The notes beneath the pieces are model-generated. The model worked only from the letters and a program-made list of their open reading frames with translations, was not told the DNA's origin and made no database searches. Shown piece by piece: positions 10,070 through 19,695 of a DNA stretch of 64,000 bases. Numbering within the stretch: position 1 is the stretch's first letter; every line of letters begins with the position of its first letter. This DNA is from an uncultured Limibaculum sp. Its GTDB lineage: Bacteria > Pseudomonadota > Alphaproteobacteria > Rhodobacterales > Rhodobacteraceae. The stretch is taken from assembly GCA_951813525.2 (NCBI GenBank), contig CATOTJ020000002.1, forward strand, positions 196,954 to 260,953, given 5' to 3'. Made by a program: the position numbers and the translations under genes.

Positions 10070-11172
10070 AAATCAAATCGATCCGCGTTTATGCCGTGCC
10101 TCTGCCGTACAAAACACTGGGACACGTCCGTGTCGCAACGCCAGAGATAACCTTGCAGGACACTGTAGTAGGCATCGAGACGGATGATGGCGTTGTGGGC
10201 TATGGCGAAAGCTGCCCACTCAATCCCACCTATCTGAACGCGACCACCGGCGGACTGCGGGCCGCGCTTGAATTCCTGTGCCCCGTTCTGATCGGCCGCG
10301 AACCCAGGGAAACGGGCGTCATCAACACCCTGATGGATCTGACGGTTCGTGGGCACGAAGCCGCCAAATCGGCAATCGATCTGGCCTGCTGGGATTTGCT
10401 CGGAAAATCGGCCGGATTACCAGTGAGAACACTTTTGGGCGGGGCCGAAGTTGATGGCGCACGACTCTATGACAGCATCCCCATGGACACACCGGCCGCG
10501 ATGCTCAGCACCATTGAAGACAAGCGGAAACAGGGCATCACTGTGTTTCAAGTCAAGCTTGGGCAGGGCGCCGAGCCGGACATCGAACGAATGCGGGCCA
10601 TCGCAGATGTGCTGAAGCCGGGAGAACGCATGATCTGTGATGCCAACCGCGGGTGGACCATGGAGGATGCCCGTCGGGTGGTGGCGGCCGCAGCGCAGTT
10701 GCCGGCTGAGCTGGGCCTGTTGATTGAGCAACCCTGCGCCACATACGACGAGTGCGTCACAATCCGCAAAGTGTGCAACCGGCCGTTCGTTCTGGACGAA
10801 GTCATCGATGACAGTCGTGACCTGGTGCGGGCGAGTGCGGATGATGCGCTCGATGCGGTGGTGATCAAACTCTCCCATGTGGGCGGCCTTACCAAAGCAC
10901 ACGAGATGGCCCGCCTTGCCATGCGTTTAGGCTTGCGTATGCGCATTGAGGACACGGTTGGCGCCGAAATTGTGCGGGCTGCGGTGGCCCATCTGGCGGT
11001 AACGATCCCCGAGAGGTCACTGCTCGCAGCCTACCCCCATCCTGCCGCCGTGTCGCTGGGTAAAGTAGGATCGGTGGCTTCAGAAGGAAAGCTCACGTGC
11101 AGGGACGAGCCAGGACTTGGCTTTGAGCCAGACATAAAAATATTGGGCGAGCCCATACAGCTGTACAGTTGA
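10066..11172 (+). CDS. Enolase-superfamily racemase/epimerase, hydroxyproline-betaine epimerase (HpbD)-like
   Basis: GYGESCPL, AKSAIDLACWDLLGK, QVKLG, DANRGW, EQPC, LDE, EDTVG, PGLG motifs. Confidence 0.8.
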   Translation: MKIKSIRVYAVPLPYKTLGHVRVATPEITLQDTVVGIETDDGVVGYGESCPLNPTYLNATTGGLRAALEFLCPVLIGREPRETGVINTLMDLTVRGHEAAKSAIDLACWDLLGKSAGLPVRTLLGGAEVDGARLYDSIPMDTPAAMLSTIEDKRKQGITVFQVKLGQGAEPDIERMRAIADVLKPGERMICDANRGWTMEDARRVVAAAAQLPAELGLLIEQPCATYDECVTIRKVCNRPFVLDEVIDDSRDLVRASADDALDAVVIKLSHVGGLTKAHEMARLAMRLGLRMRIEDTVGAEIVRAAVAHLAVTIPERSLLAAYPHPAAVSLGKVGSVASEGKLTCRDEPGLGFEPDIKILGEPIQLYS

Positions 11173-11287
11173 CCTTTACGCGCAGAGGTCTCGCGCCTCT
11201 GAACGTCCGAAATTGGCGCACACCGGCTGGCCATCGTCGATCACATCTACATCCATTGTGGGGGCAACAGCGGGCGGGCCATTACGG

Positions 11288-11545
11288 AGCGGGTGGACGG
11301 CCTCTGCTCCACCGGCGTCGAAATGCAGGTGTCATCATCTGTGAAAGAGGCGCCACCCGATGCAAGTCGCCACAATCGGCCTCGACCTGGCAAAAGATGT
11401 TTTCCACGTTCACGGAATTTCTGAGTCTGTAAAGATCGGATTCAATCGGAAGATTAAACGCAAGGACTTGCCGAAGTTCTTTAATCGACTGCCGAAGTGC
11501 ACCGTTGGCATGGAAGCCTTCTTATCAGCACATCACCGGGGCCGA
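11288..11545 (+). pseudogene. IS110/IS1111 5' remnant (left end plus ~60 codons of transposase)
   Basis: MQVATIGLDLAKDVF, paralogous to 38603..39622; left-end IR gtggacggcctctgc. Confidence 0.85.
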
Positions 11546-11610
11546 CCCGCGAGATCACCGGCGCTAACTGGTCCGGCCCAAGATTCTTCGGTCTGAGCGG
11601 CAAGCGATGA
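11546..11610 (+). pseudogene. 3' tail of DUF2924 gene of sibling island A
   Basis: Encodes EITGANWSGPRFFGLSGKR*, matching the end of 34142..34579. Confidence 0.8.
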
Positions 11611-13337
11611 GCCGGGCGCAAAAGATCCGCTGCGCGATCTACACCCGCAAATCCACCGAAGAGGGCTTGGACCAGGAGTTCAATTCACTGGATGCCCAGG
11701 CCGAGGCCTGGGCGGCCTACATCGCCAGCCAGAAGCACGAGGGTTGGATCGCGCTTCCGAACAGCTACGATGACGGTGGGATTTCTGGGGGATCGCTGGA
11801 ACGGCCTGCGCTGCAGCGCCTGCTGGCCGACATCGACGCCAGCAAGATCGATCGGGTGGTGGTCTACAAGGTTGATCGGCTGACACGATCTCTGACCGAC
11901 TTCTCGAAGCTGGTCGAGCGCTTCGATGCGGCCAACTGCTCCTTCGTCTCGGTGACGCAATCGTTCAACACCGCAACCAGCATGGGGCGGTTGACGCTCA
12001 ACATGCTGCTGTCGTTCGCGCAATTCGAGCGCGAAGTCACAGCAGAGCGCATCCGCAACAAGATCGCTGCCTGTCAATCGGCATCCAAACGTGACCCCAG
12101 ATCGGCGTTCAAAAGTGACCCCCCTGGTGCTGAGCAGGCCGGGTCGCGTGGAGACCTCATTTATCAGAGCGCGGCCCGGCCTGCGCGGTTGAATTAGGCG
12201 CGGTTCTTGAAGCGCCAGCTTTCGTTACCGGTCTCAACGATCTCGCAATGATGTGTGAGGCGATCGAGGAGTGCGGTGGTCATCTTCGCGTCGCCGAAGA
12301 CGGTTGGCCATTCTCCGAATGCCAGGTTCGTTGTGACAATGACTGATGTGCACTCATAGAGTTTGCTGATCAGGTGGAACAGCAGCTGACCACCGGTCTG
12401 AGCGAATGGCAGATAGCCAAGCTCGTCCAGAATTAGGAAGTCGAGGCGTGATATCAACTCAGCTGTCCGTCCCTGGCGCTCGGCCCGCGCTTCGGCATCG
12501 AGTTTGTTCACCAGATCGACGACATTGAAGAAGCGCCCGCGGCGGCCCTGGCGGATGCAGGCTCGAGCGATACTGACGGAGAGATGGGTTTTGCCTGTGC
12601 CGGTTCCGCCGATGAGCACGAGATTGCGCTGATGGTCGAGGAAGTCGCCGGTGGCGAGGTCACGGATCAAGGTTTCGTTGACCTCGGCCGCTTCGAAGTC
12701 GAATTCCTCCAGCTCCTTGGCCAGTGGCAGTTTCGCGATGGTCATCTGGTATTTGATTGAGCGCGCCAGCTTCTCGGAGATCTCGAATGCAGATGTCGCG
12801 GAGATCGCATCGGCGCGGCAGTCATTCACACAGATCGAGATGGGTCTGGTGTCACCGGACGCCAACACTCTGCTGACGACCCTGATCTCCGACGGCAAAG
12901 TTGCGCCTGAAAGCCTAAGCGTTGGTCTGGCCGCATCTGCCTTGGCATCCCGTCTCCAGATACCGGTCGCACGGATCAATCGGGACGCCTTGATCCTGAA
13001 CGACAGCTTCGTGCTGCGCAAACGCGGTGTCGAAGCCAGGATGATCCTGAGCGATCAGGCGCCAGTCATCGACAAGCTGCTGGTACACAACCTGGCCCTT
13101 GGCCATGCCTGGCTGGACGATCTCAAGCAAGGCACCACGATTAAGCAGATCGCCGAGCGGCAAAACACTTCTCGACAGCGCGTAGTTGCGATCATCGGTC
13201 TGGCATTCCTCGCACCTGACATCGTTCGGGATATCATCAACGGTCACCAAAGCCCTGCGCTTACCAGTGATGCGTTGATCAAATCTAGTCTACCGCCACT
13301 CTGGGATCAGCAGCGCGCGGCAATCTCCAGACTCTGA
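11607..13337 (+). pseudogene. Large serine recombinase of island A, disrupted by IS21 with internal deletion
   Basis: 11607..12071 matches N-terminus of 34576..36234; ~12788..13337 matches its C-terminus; middle missing. Confidence 0.9.
12072..12787 (-). mobile_element. istB: IS21-family remnant: one end plus 5'-truncated istB ATPase (12194..~12787)
   Basis: TGTCAATCGGCATCCAAA end with repeated GTGACCCC; GGTGTGKTH Walker A, ILDELGY Walker [10 protein letters not shown]. Confidence 0.9.
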
Positions 13338-13517
13338 ACATCGCCAAACCGGCAAAGGGACTCGTGGAAATCGGGTTCTGAGATATCGGCGAGGATACTG
13401 GCAGTTTAGAGATCTAGAGGCGTCTCAAACGTTACCGCGCATCCCTTAACCCATGGAATACACGGCGCTTTTCGTGCTGGAGGGGTGAGACCGACGTACG
13501 GAGAGAAAGCGTGGCGG
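13338..13517 (+). repeat. Right-end sequence of island A ending in att core TGGCGG (13512..13517); homologous to 36235..36414
   Basis: Both start ACATCGCCAAACCGG.AAAGGGACTCGTGGAAA and end GGAGAGAAAGCGTGGCGG. Confidence 0.85.
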
Positions 13518-13797
13518 TGGGCGCAGTCTGCTGCGAACCGGTCTCTGAATTCCCTGGTTGCAGGGAAATTGCAGGGAAAATCTCGGGAATCCGGGATTTG
13601 GCCACTAATTCGCTCGGCGCAGATTGAACGAAATCAATGACTTGCGCAGCGAATTCCCTAAACATCGGAGCAGGGAATTTTTTCTCGATTGCAGGGAACA
13701 TAGAACACTCGAAGTCGCTCAAACTGGATCTTTGGCGCCTTTGGCGCTAATAATCGGCGATGCGTCATCAGCTTGAAAGCACTTCGGAGTTACGATT

Positions 13798-14601
13798 ATG
13801 GGCAGCATGCTTCCAAAGGAGTTTTCCTTCAGAGAACCGTATTTGCAGGCAGCGGAGACTATCCGTCGTCACAAAGTGGCTCGTCGTCGCCAACTTGCGG
13901 CCGGCACAGAGACGAAGCGGACGCCAAGTTCGAGTCCAATCGACCGAGAGATCCAAAAGTTCAAAGATCCACAGAAACAGATCCCGCTGACCCTGGAGCT
14001 GCGTGTCAAAGGAACTCAGGCTTGGAGCGGTGACTTCTACATGACAGTCTACTCCCACATCGAGGCTGCCTTCACCGCCGCGGGCCTCATACTCGGTGGA
14101 GGTCGAGGTGAGTTTCGCCGTGAGCTGCAAGACATCCGCGATTGCCTTCAATCACGATTGATACGGTCAAACAGCGAGTTGATCGACTTACCGCTGAGTT
14201 GGTCGACCAAGCTCAATCGAGCCTTCCGCGAAGGGATCCTCCCAAACAGGCGACGGGAGCGGAGTCATTTCCTCATGCTCAAAGGAGGACGATCTGGTGA
14301 GCCGATCCGATTCGAGTTTTTCCGAGAAGAGGTTCAAGAGCTGATCAACCTGATTGAAAACGATCTCGCAGCGCTGCGCGGGATGGGCCAGGGGCGGAGC
14401 ACCGATCTTCGAAAGATCATCTTTGTGCGCAGGCTCGCAGCGTTTTGGATTGAGTTGACGGGGTGCCAACCGAGTTTCAAACTGCTCTCGCGCTTCGACG
14501 CCTTTCTAACGGCCGCCTGGCAGACGGGCTTCGAAAATGACAATGAACTGAGAGATGTTTGCTTCGAACGAGCGATGGCACATGTGAAGCAGGAAGAGTA
14601 G
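13798..14601 (+). CDS. Hypothetical protein (267 aa) at island left end
   Basis: Long ORF with protein-like composition; no family recognised. Confidence 0.55.
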   Translation: MGSMLPKEFSFREPYLQAAETIRRHKVARRRQLAAGTETKRTPSSSPIDREIQKFKDPQKQIPLTLELRVKGTQAWSGDFYMTVYSHIEAAFTAAGLILGGGRGEFRRELQDIRDCLQSRLIRSNSELIDLPLSWSTKLNRAFREGILPNRRRERSHFLMLKGGRSGEPIRFEFFREEVQELINLIENDLAALRGMGQGRSTDLRKIIFVRRLAAFWIELTGCQPSFKLLSRFDAFLTAAWQTGFENDNELRDVCFERAMAHVKQEE

Positions 14602-14831
14602 GCCTGCATCGGGAAATTTCCATTTCGCCCCCCCTGCCTAAACGCACAAACAAATAGACCCTCAGGCGCCACCTATTGTGGGTGAGCGGCTTTGCCAGGC
14701 CCGTCTGGCATCTGAGGGAAACCAATGTTCAAACGCCAAGACCGAATGTACGCGTTGCCCTGACCCCACGTTTCTTGTGAAGTCGATATCTGCGAGTCCC
14801 TGCGCTTTGTAGTTTTGCAGGGAGTTTCTCC

Positions 14832-15221
14832 ATGGAGCGCCTAACGGAGTTTCTCACAGACATCGGGTCGATAGTTGGGCCCCGTGGTCAGCGGCAATGG
14901 CCGGACGAGTTGAAGGCCCGGATTGTGGCTGAGACGCTTGAACCTGGGGTGACTGTAAACGAGGTCGCCCGTCGCTACGACATGCGGCCCAATCATCTGT
15001 CGTCTTGGCGACGGCTGGCGAAAGAGGGCAAGCTTGTGCTGCCCGCCGTGCCCGTGTCGGAACCAACGTTCGCACCGTTGATTATTGAAGAGCAACTGGA
15101 CCGTTCGGCGGAACCCGTGTGCACCAAGCTTGAGATCGTCTGCGGTGAAGTAGTGCTTCGGCTGGACGCCGAGACGCCCGCGGCGCGGGTCGCGGAGATC
15201 GTGCGGGCGTTGCGCGTATGA
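14832..15221 (+). CDS. tnpA: IS66 TnpA (HTH accessory protein)
   Basis: [29 protein letters not shown]. Confidence 0.9.
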   Translation: MERLTEFLTDIGSIVGPRGQRQWPDELKARIVAETLEPGVTVNEVARRYDMRPNHLSSWRRLAKEGKLVLPAVPVSEPTFAPLIIEEQLDRSAEPVCTKLEIVCGEVVLRLDAETPAARVAEIVRALRV

Positions 15222-15571
15222 TCTTCCCATCGAACCGGGTCCGGATTGTGGTGGCGACCAAACCCGTGGACTTCCGGAAAGGTCATGACGGTCTTGCTGC
15301 GCTGGTGAAGAATGAACTCAGGAAAGAGCCGTTCACCGGGACGGTGTTTGTGTTCCGTGCCAAGCGGGCCGATAGGCTGAAGCTCCTTTACTGGGACGGC
15401 ACAGGTCTTGTGATGACGTACAAACGGTTGGAGGAAACAACCTTCACCTGGCCCGCCATCCGCGATGGGTTGATGTCGCTGAACCATGCCCAGTTCGAGG
15501 CGTTGTTTGCCGGGCTCGACTGGCGGAAAGTGAAGGCTCTGGCGGCACGTCCGCCGACCGCGGCAGAGTGA
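15218..15571 (+). CDS. tnpB: IS66 TnpB accessory protein
   Basis: [27 protein letters not shown] motifs. Confidence 0.92.
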   Translation: MIFPSNRVRIVVATKPVDFRKGHDGLAALVKNELRKEPFTGTVFVFRAKRADRLKLLYWDGTGLVMTYKRLEETTFTWPAIRDGLMSLNHAQFEALFAGLDWRKVKALAARPPTAAE

Positions 15572-15625
15572 CTCGGGCATCCGATTGAACGGGTGGCAAA
15601 GCGCTGATTTTGATAGACCCCGGCC

Positions 15626-17200
15626 ATGTTGAGCGCAGCCGATCTCCCGAATGACATCGATGCTCTGAAGGCGATGGTTCTGGCTGCCGGCGGGCGCGAG
15701 GAACGCCATGTTATGCGCATCGCGCAGTTGGAAAAGCTGCTGACCGATGTCAAGCGCGCCCTCTTCGGGCACAAATCCGAGAAGGTCTGTCCGGACCAGC
15801 TTGAGTTGGCGCTCGAAGACATCGAGACAGCGGTCGAGACCCTCAAGGCAGCCGAAGAGGCCGACGAACTGGAGGTCATGGGTAAGCCGCGCTCGCGTAA
15901 GGCCAACCGGGGATCATTGCCCCGGCACTTGCCGCGCATCGAGGAAGTGATCGAGCCAGAAAGCACGACCTGCGACTGCGGCCACGAGCGGCATGTTATT
16001 GGCGAGGATGTCAGCGCACGACTGGATGTCGTTCCGGCGCAGTTCCGGGTAATCGTCACGCGTCGTCCGAGATATGCCTGCCGGTCCTGCGAGAGCGGGA
16101 TCGTGCAAGCCCCGGCACCGGCGCATCTGATCCCCGGCGGCATGCCGACCGAGGCAACAGTGGCCCATGTGATCGTCAGCAAGTACGCCGATCATCTCCC
16201 TTTGTATCGACAAGCGCAGATCTACAGCCGCCAGGGCATCGATCTTGATCGCTCCACCCTGGCGGCCTGGGTTGGGCGGGCAGCGTTCGAAATCCAACCG
16301 GTCTATGATGCCCTACTGGCAAACCTGAAGCGTTCTTCCAAGCTCTTCATGGACGAGACCACAGCACCGGTGCTCGACCCCGGCAGGCGCAAAACCAAGA
16401 CGGGGTTCTTCTGGGCGCTTGCCCGCGATGATCGACCATGGGGCGGGGACGATCCACCCGGCGTGGCCTTCACCTATGCGCCGGGACGGTCAGGGCAATA
16501 TGCCGAGAACATCCTCAAGGGCTTTGGCGGCACCCTGCAGGTCGATGGCTATTCAGGTTACAACAGGCTGCTCAAACGGCCCGGAGAGGATATCCAGCTG
16601 GCCTATTGCTGGGCCCACGCCCGGCGCAAGCTGCACGAGGTATCCCAGACCGGCACCACGCCCATTGCAGATGAAGGGCTGAAACAGATCGCCCGGCTAT
16701 ACCGGATCGAGAAGGACATCCGCGGTCACTCGCCCGAGGTGCGGTTGGCTGCTCGGCAGGAGCGGTCAAAGCCGATCATTGATGGTTTTGAACACTGGCT
16801 CACCGCCAACCGCGCCCGCGTCTCCGCCAAATCCCCGCTCGGCGAGGCCCTGAAGTATATCGCCAAATATTGGGACGGGCTAAACCTGTTCCAGACCGAC
16901 GGTCGGATCGAGATCGATTCAAATGCCATTGAACGCACCATTCGCCCCATCGCGCTGAACCGCAAGAATGCGCTCTTCGCCGGGCACGACAAAGGTGCAC
17001 AGAACTGGGCGATGATCGCTTCTCTAATCGAGACCTGCAAACTGAACGCCATCGATCCTCACACCTGGCTGACCGAGACATTGGCCGCTATCGTGCAGGG
17101 GCACAAACAATCCGATATCGACGCGCTCCTGCCATGGAACTACAATGGGACCGAGAAGGGGCACGGTCATGAGCATCATCGAATTGAAGGTCACGCTTGA
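15626..17200 (+). CDS. tnpC: IS66 TnpC DDE transposase
   Basis: Coiled coil, CDC/CRSC zinc ribbon, KYADHLPLYRQ, DET, CWAHARRK, ERTIR. Confidence 0.93.
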   Translation: MLSAADLPNDIDALKAMVLAAGGREERHVMRIAQLEKLLTDVKRALFGHKSEKVCPDQLELALEDIETAVETLKAAEEADELEVMGKPRSRKANRGSLPRHLPRIEEVIEPESTTCDCGHERHVIGEDVSARLDVVPAQFRVIVTRRPRYACRSCESGIVQAPAPAHLIPGGMPTEATVAHVIVSKYADHLPLYRQAQIYSRQGIDLDRSTLAAWVGRAAFEIQPVYDALLANLKRSSKLFMDETTAPVLDPGRRKTKTGFFWALARDDRPWGGDDPPGVAFTYAPGRSGQYAENILKGFGGTLQVDGYSGYNRLLKRPGEDIQLAYCWAHARRKLHEVSQTGTTPIADEGLKQIARLYRIEKDIRGHSPEVRLAARQERSKPIIDGFEHWLTANRARVSAKSPLGEALKYIAKYWDGLNLFQTDGRIEIDSNAIERTIRPIALNRKNALFAGHDKGAQNWAMIASLIETCKLNAIDPHTWLTETLAAIVQGHKQSDIDALLPWNYNGTEKGHGHEHHRIEGHA

Positions 17201-17747
17201 GTACATCGAGCCCGCCGTGAAGCGTACCCTGCTGGTGCCAGCCGATATCCGCCTCGACCGCCTGCATCTGACACTCCAGGCCGCAATGGGCTGGGCCAAC
17301 TCCCACCTCTACATGTTCGAGGCCGGCGGGGCGACCTGGGGGCTGCCCGATCCGGACTTCGGCGGCGATGATCTGCCTGACAACAATACCACCCTGGCCG
17401 AGTTGATCGAGGACACCGGCGCACGCACGGTCAATTATCTCTACGACTTCGGTGACAGCTGGGACCACCAGATCAAGATCGGCAAGATCAGCGATCCTGT
17501 CCCCGGCGAGCTCTACCCCCGCTTGACGGATATCGCTGGCCGGTGCCCGCCAGAAGATGTCGGCGGCTTCCCTGGATACGAAGAGTTCCTGGAAGCCATT
17601 GCAGATCCAAAGCACCCTGAACATGAGGATCTCAGAAGGTGGTACGGTGGCGACTTCGAGCCCAACACGCCAGATAGCGACGAACTTCGCCTTGAAGTTC
17701 TCAAGCTCGCAAAACGTTGGAAGCCAAAAATGAAGGCGCTTAACTGA
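17169..17747 (+). CDS. pRiA4b ORF-3 family (MM3350-like) passenger protein inside IS66
   Basis: LHLTLQAAMGWANSHLY, YLYDFGDSWDH, CPPEDVGGFPGY motifs; stop 2 bp before right IR. Confidence 0.85.
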   Translation: MSIIELKVTLEYIEPAVKRTLLVPADIRLDRLHLTLQAAMGWANSHLYMFEAGGATWGLPDPDFGGDDLPDNNTTLAELIEDTGARTVNYLYDFGDSWDHQIKIGKISDPVPGELYPRLTDIAGRCPPEDVGGFPGYEEFLEAIADPKHPEHEDLRRWYGGDFEPNTPDSDELRLEVLKLAKRWKPKMKALN

Positions 17748-17786
17748 CCAACGTGGGGTCAGGGCACCGCTTACGACCGAATACCA

Positions 17787-19229
17787 TTGCCATCGGAAAC
17801 ATCGGATACCAGCTGTAGCCCGGGGATTTCGCCCAAAGCCACCGTTCAACCGGTCGACAGCCTAAAACCCAACCCGCGCAACGCGCGCACGCATTCCAGG
17901 GCGCAGATCGCGCAGATCGCTGAGAGCATCTCGCAGTTCGGATTCACAAACCCGATCCTGATCGATGAGAACGGCGTGGTCCTTGCCGGGCATGGCCGTC
18001 TTGCTGCCGCGAAGACGTTGGGGATCGAAAAGGTTCCGGTCATTCAACTCGCCCATCTCAGTGACGTAGAGAAGCGGGCCTTTGTGCTGGCCGACAACAA
18101 GATCGCGCTGAACGCTGGCTGGGACGGTGAGATGCTCGCCGCGGAGCTTGGTGATCTGGCGGACTTGCTGCCGGATCTTGATGTCTCGTTTGATCTTGAG
18201 ATCACCGGCTTTCCGACTGGCGAGTCTGATCAGCTGCTCCTGGATCACGAGGCCGACGGGGAATCGCCCCCCGAGGAGGTGGATCTCAGCGTCTCATCAA
18301 TCTCCGTGAGCCAACAAGGCGACCTTTGGCAGCTTGGAAAGCACCGCCTTCTTTGCGGTGATGCACAGGATGGATCAGCGGTCACCCGTTTGCTTGGTGA
18401 CGCCAAGGCGGACATGGTCTTCACCGACCCGCCCTACAATGTCCCGGTGCAGGGCCATGTTGGCGGTCGCGGTGCGCGACGCCACAAGGAATTCGCCTTC
18501 GCATCAGGCGAGATGAGCCCGAAGGACTTTCGGGGTTTTCTCAAGACGTGCCTTGGGAATCTTCTGACGATCTCAAGCGCAAACGCACTCCATTACGTCT
18601 TCATGGATTGGCGCCATATCGAAGACCTGTTGCGCGTTGGCCGCAAGCTTGGCCTGGACCTCAAGAACATTTGTGTCTGGAACAAGACCACACCAGGCCA
18701 GGGATCGTTCTACCGCTCCGCTCATGAGCTCGTTGCGGTGTTTGCAAAACCCGGTGCCAGAGCGGCGAACAATATTGCTCTCGGCAAGCATGGCCGCAAC
18801 CGCACGAATGTCTGGACCTATGCCGGCGTGAACACCTTCCAGAAGGGGCCAGGCGCCGACCTCTCGGTGCATCCCACGGTCAAACCGATCTCCTTGGTCG
18901 CCGACGCAATCAAGGATGGATCGAAACGGGGGGCTATTGTGCTGGATCCGTTCCTCGGGTCCGGGACAACCCTGTTGGCAGCGGAGAAGGTTGGGCGGCG
19001 TGCCAGCGCCATCGAGTATGAGCCTGCATATGTCGACATCGCAGTTCGGCGTTGGCAGGCAATGACCGGCCGGGATGCCGTCCTGGTGGCCACCGGTGAC
19101 GCAGCCAAGTGCAGGGAACTGCCAAACGGTGGAGACCAGGGTCGCGCTATCGGATCGACTTTCAATGCTCTTGAGGTCCAGGCCACGGCCGCAGCCTTCA
19201 AGACCAAGGAGCGGGGCGATCATGACTGA
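17787..19229 (+). CDS. ParB-domain + N6A/N4C DNA methyltransferase; native start (ATG 14725) cut off by IS66
   Basis: PNPRNARTH/GFTNPILID/AGHGR ParB domain; DPPYN; DPFLGSGTT. Confidence 0.9.
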   Translation: MPSETSDTSCSPGISPKATVQPVDSLKPNPRNARTHSRAQIAQIAESISQFGFTNPILIDENGVVLAGHGRLAAAKTLGIEKVPVIQLAHLSDVEKRAFVLADNKIALNAGWDGEMLAAELGDLADLLPDLDVSFDLEITGFPTGESDQLLLDHEADGESPPEEVDLSVSSISVSQQGDLWQLGKHRLLCGDAQDGSAVTRLLGDAKADMVFTDPPYNVPVQGHVGGRGARRHKEFAFASGEMSPKDFRGFLKTCLGNLLTISSANALHYVFMDWRHIEDLLRVGRKLGLDLKNICVWNKTTPGQGSFYRSAHELVAVFAKPGARAANNIALGKHGRNRTNVWTYAGVNTFQKGPGADLSVHPTVKPISLVADAIKDGSKRGAIVLDPFLGSGTTLLAAEKVGRRASAIEYEPAYVDIAVRRWQAMTGRDAVLVATGDAAKCRELPNGGDQGRAIGSTFNALEVQATAAAFKTKERGDHD

Positions 19230-19695
19230 CCAATCAAAAAAGAGCGACCCCGAGACTGGTACCGAGGACGACGAGGTCGGCTACTGCAAGCCGCCCAAGG
19301 CAACCCGTTTCAAGCCAGGCCAAAGCGGCAATCCGGCAGGGCGCCGCAAACGTCCCAAAACGGTCTCCGATCAGCTCGAAGATATCCTGAAACGCAAGGT
19401 CCCGGTGACGCAGAGTGGCCGGGCGAAACGGATCCCGCTTCAGGAATTGATGCTGACCACGCTGGTCAACAATGCGGTGAAGGGAGATCTCGCGGCTTTG
19501 AAGGTCGTTATGGATCTCAAGTCCAGTCATGAGGGTGCCAATCGCGAAACGATCGACCTCAGCCTGCTCGCCTCGGAAAGCCAAGGCATCATCGAGAACT
19601 TTCTCTCAAACGCGACCGGGCCAGAAGACCGTGTGGACCGCACCAACGTCGATGAACCGATTGAAACAGGAGACCAAGATGACCATCAATCATAG
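19222..19695 (+). CDS. DUF5681 protein (candidate small terminase-like subunit)
   Basis: VGYCKPPKATRFKPGQSGNPAGR; overlaps MTase stop and terL start. Confidence 0.78.
   Translation: MTDQSKKSDPETGTEDDEVGYCKPPKATRFKPGQSGNPAGRRKRPKTVSDQLEDILKRKVPVTQSGRAKRIPLQELMLTTLVNNAVKGDLAALKVVMDLKSSHEGANRETIDLSLLASESQGIIENFLSNATGPEDRVDRTNVDEPIETGDQDDHQS

Larger units (their letters stand above)
14748..17774 (+). mobile_element. IS66-family element with passenger gene; 8-bp target duplication
   Basis: IRs GTACGCGTTGCCCTGACCCCACGTT / GTAAGCGGTGCCCTGACCCCACGTT; GACCGAAT at 14740..14747 and 17775..17782. Confidence 0.95.

Noticed and set aside
12194-13337. Novel fusion proteins (ORFs 12194..13021 and 12651..13337)
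   Set aside because: Read-through artefacts across the istB/recombinase deletion junction.
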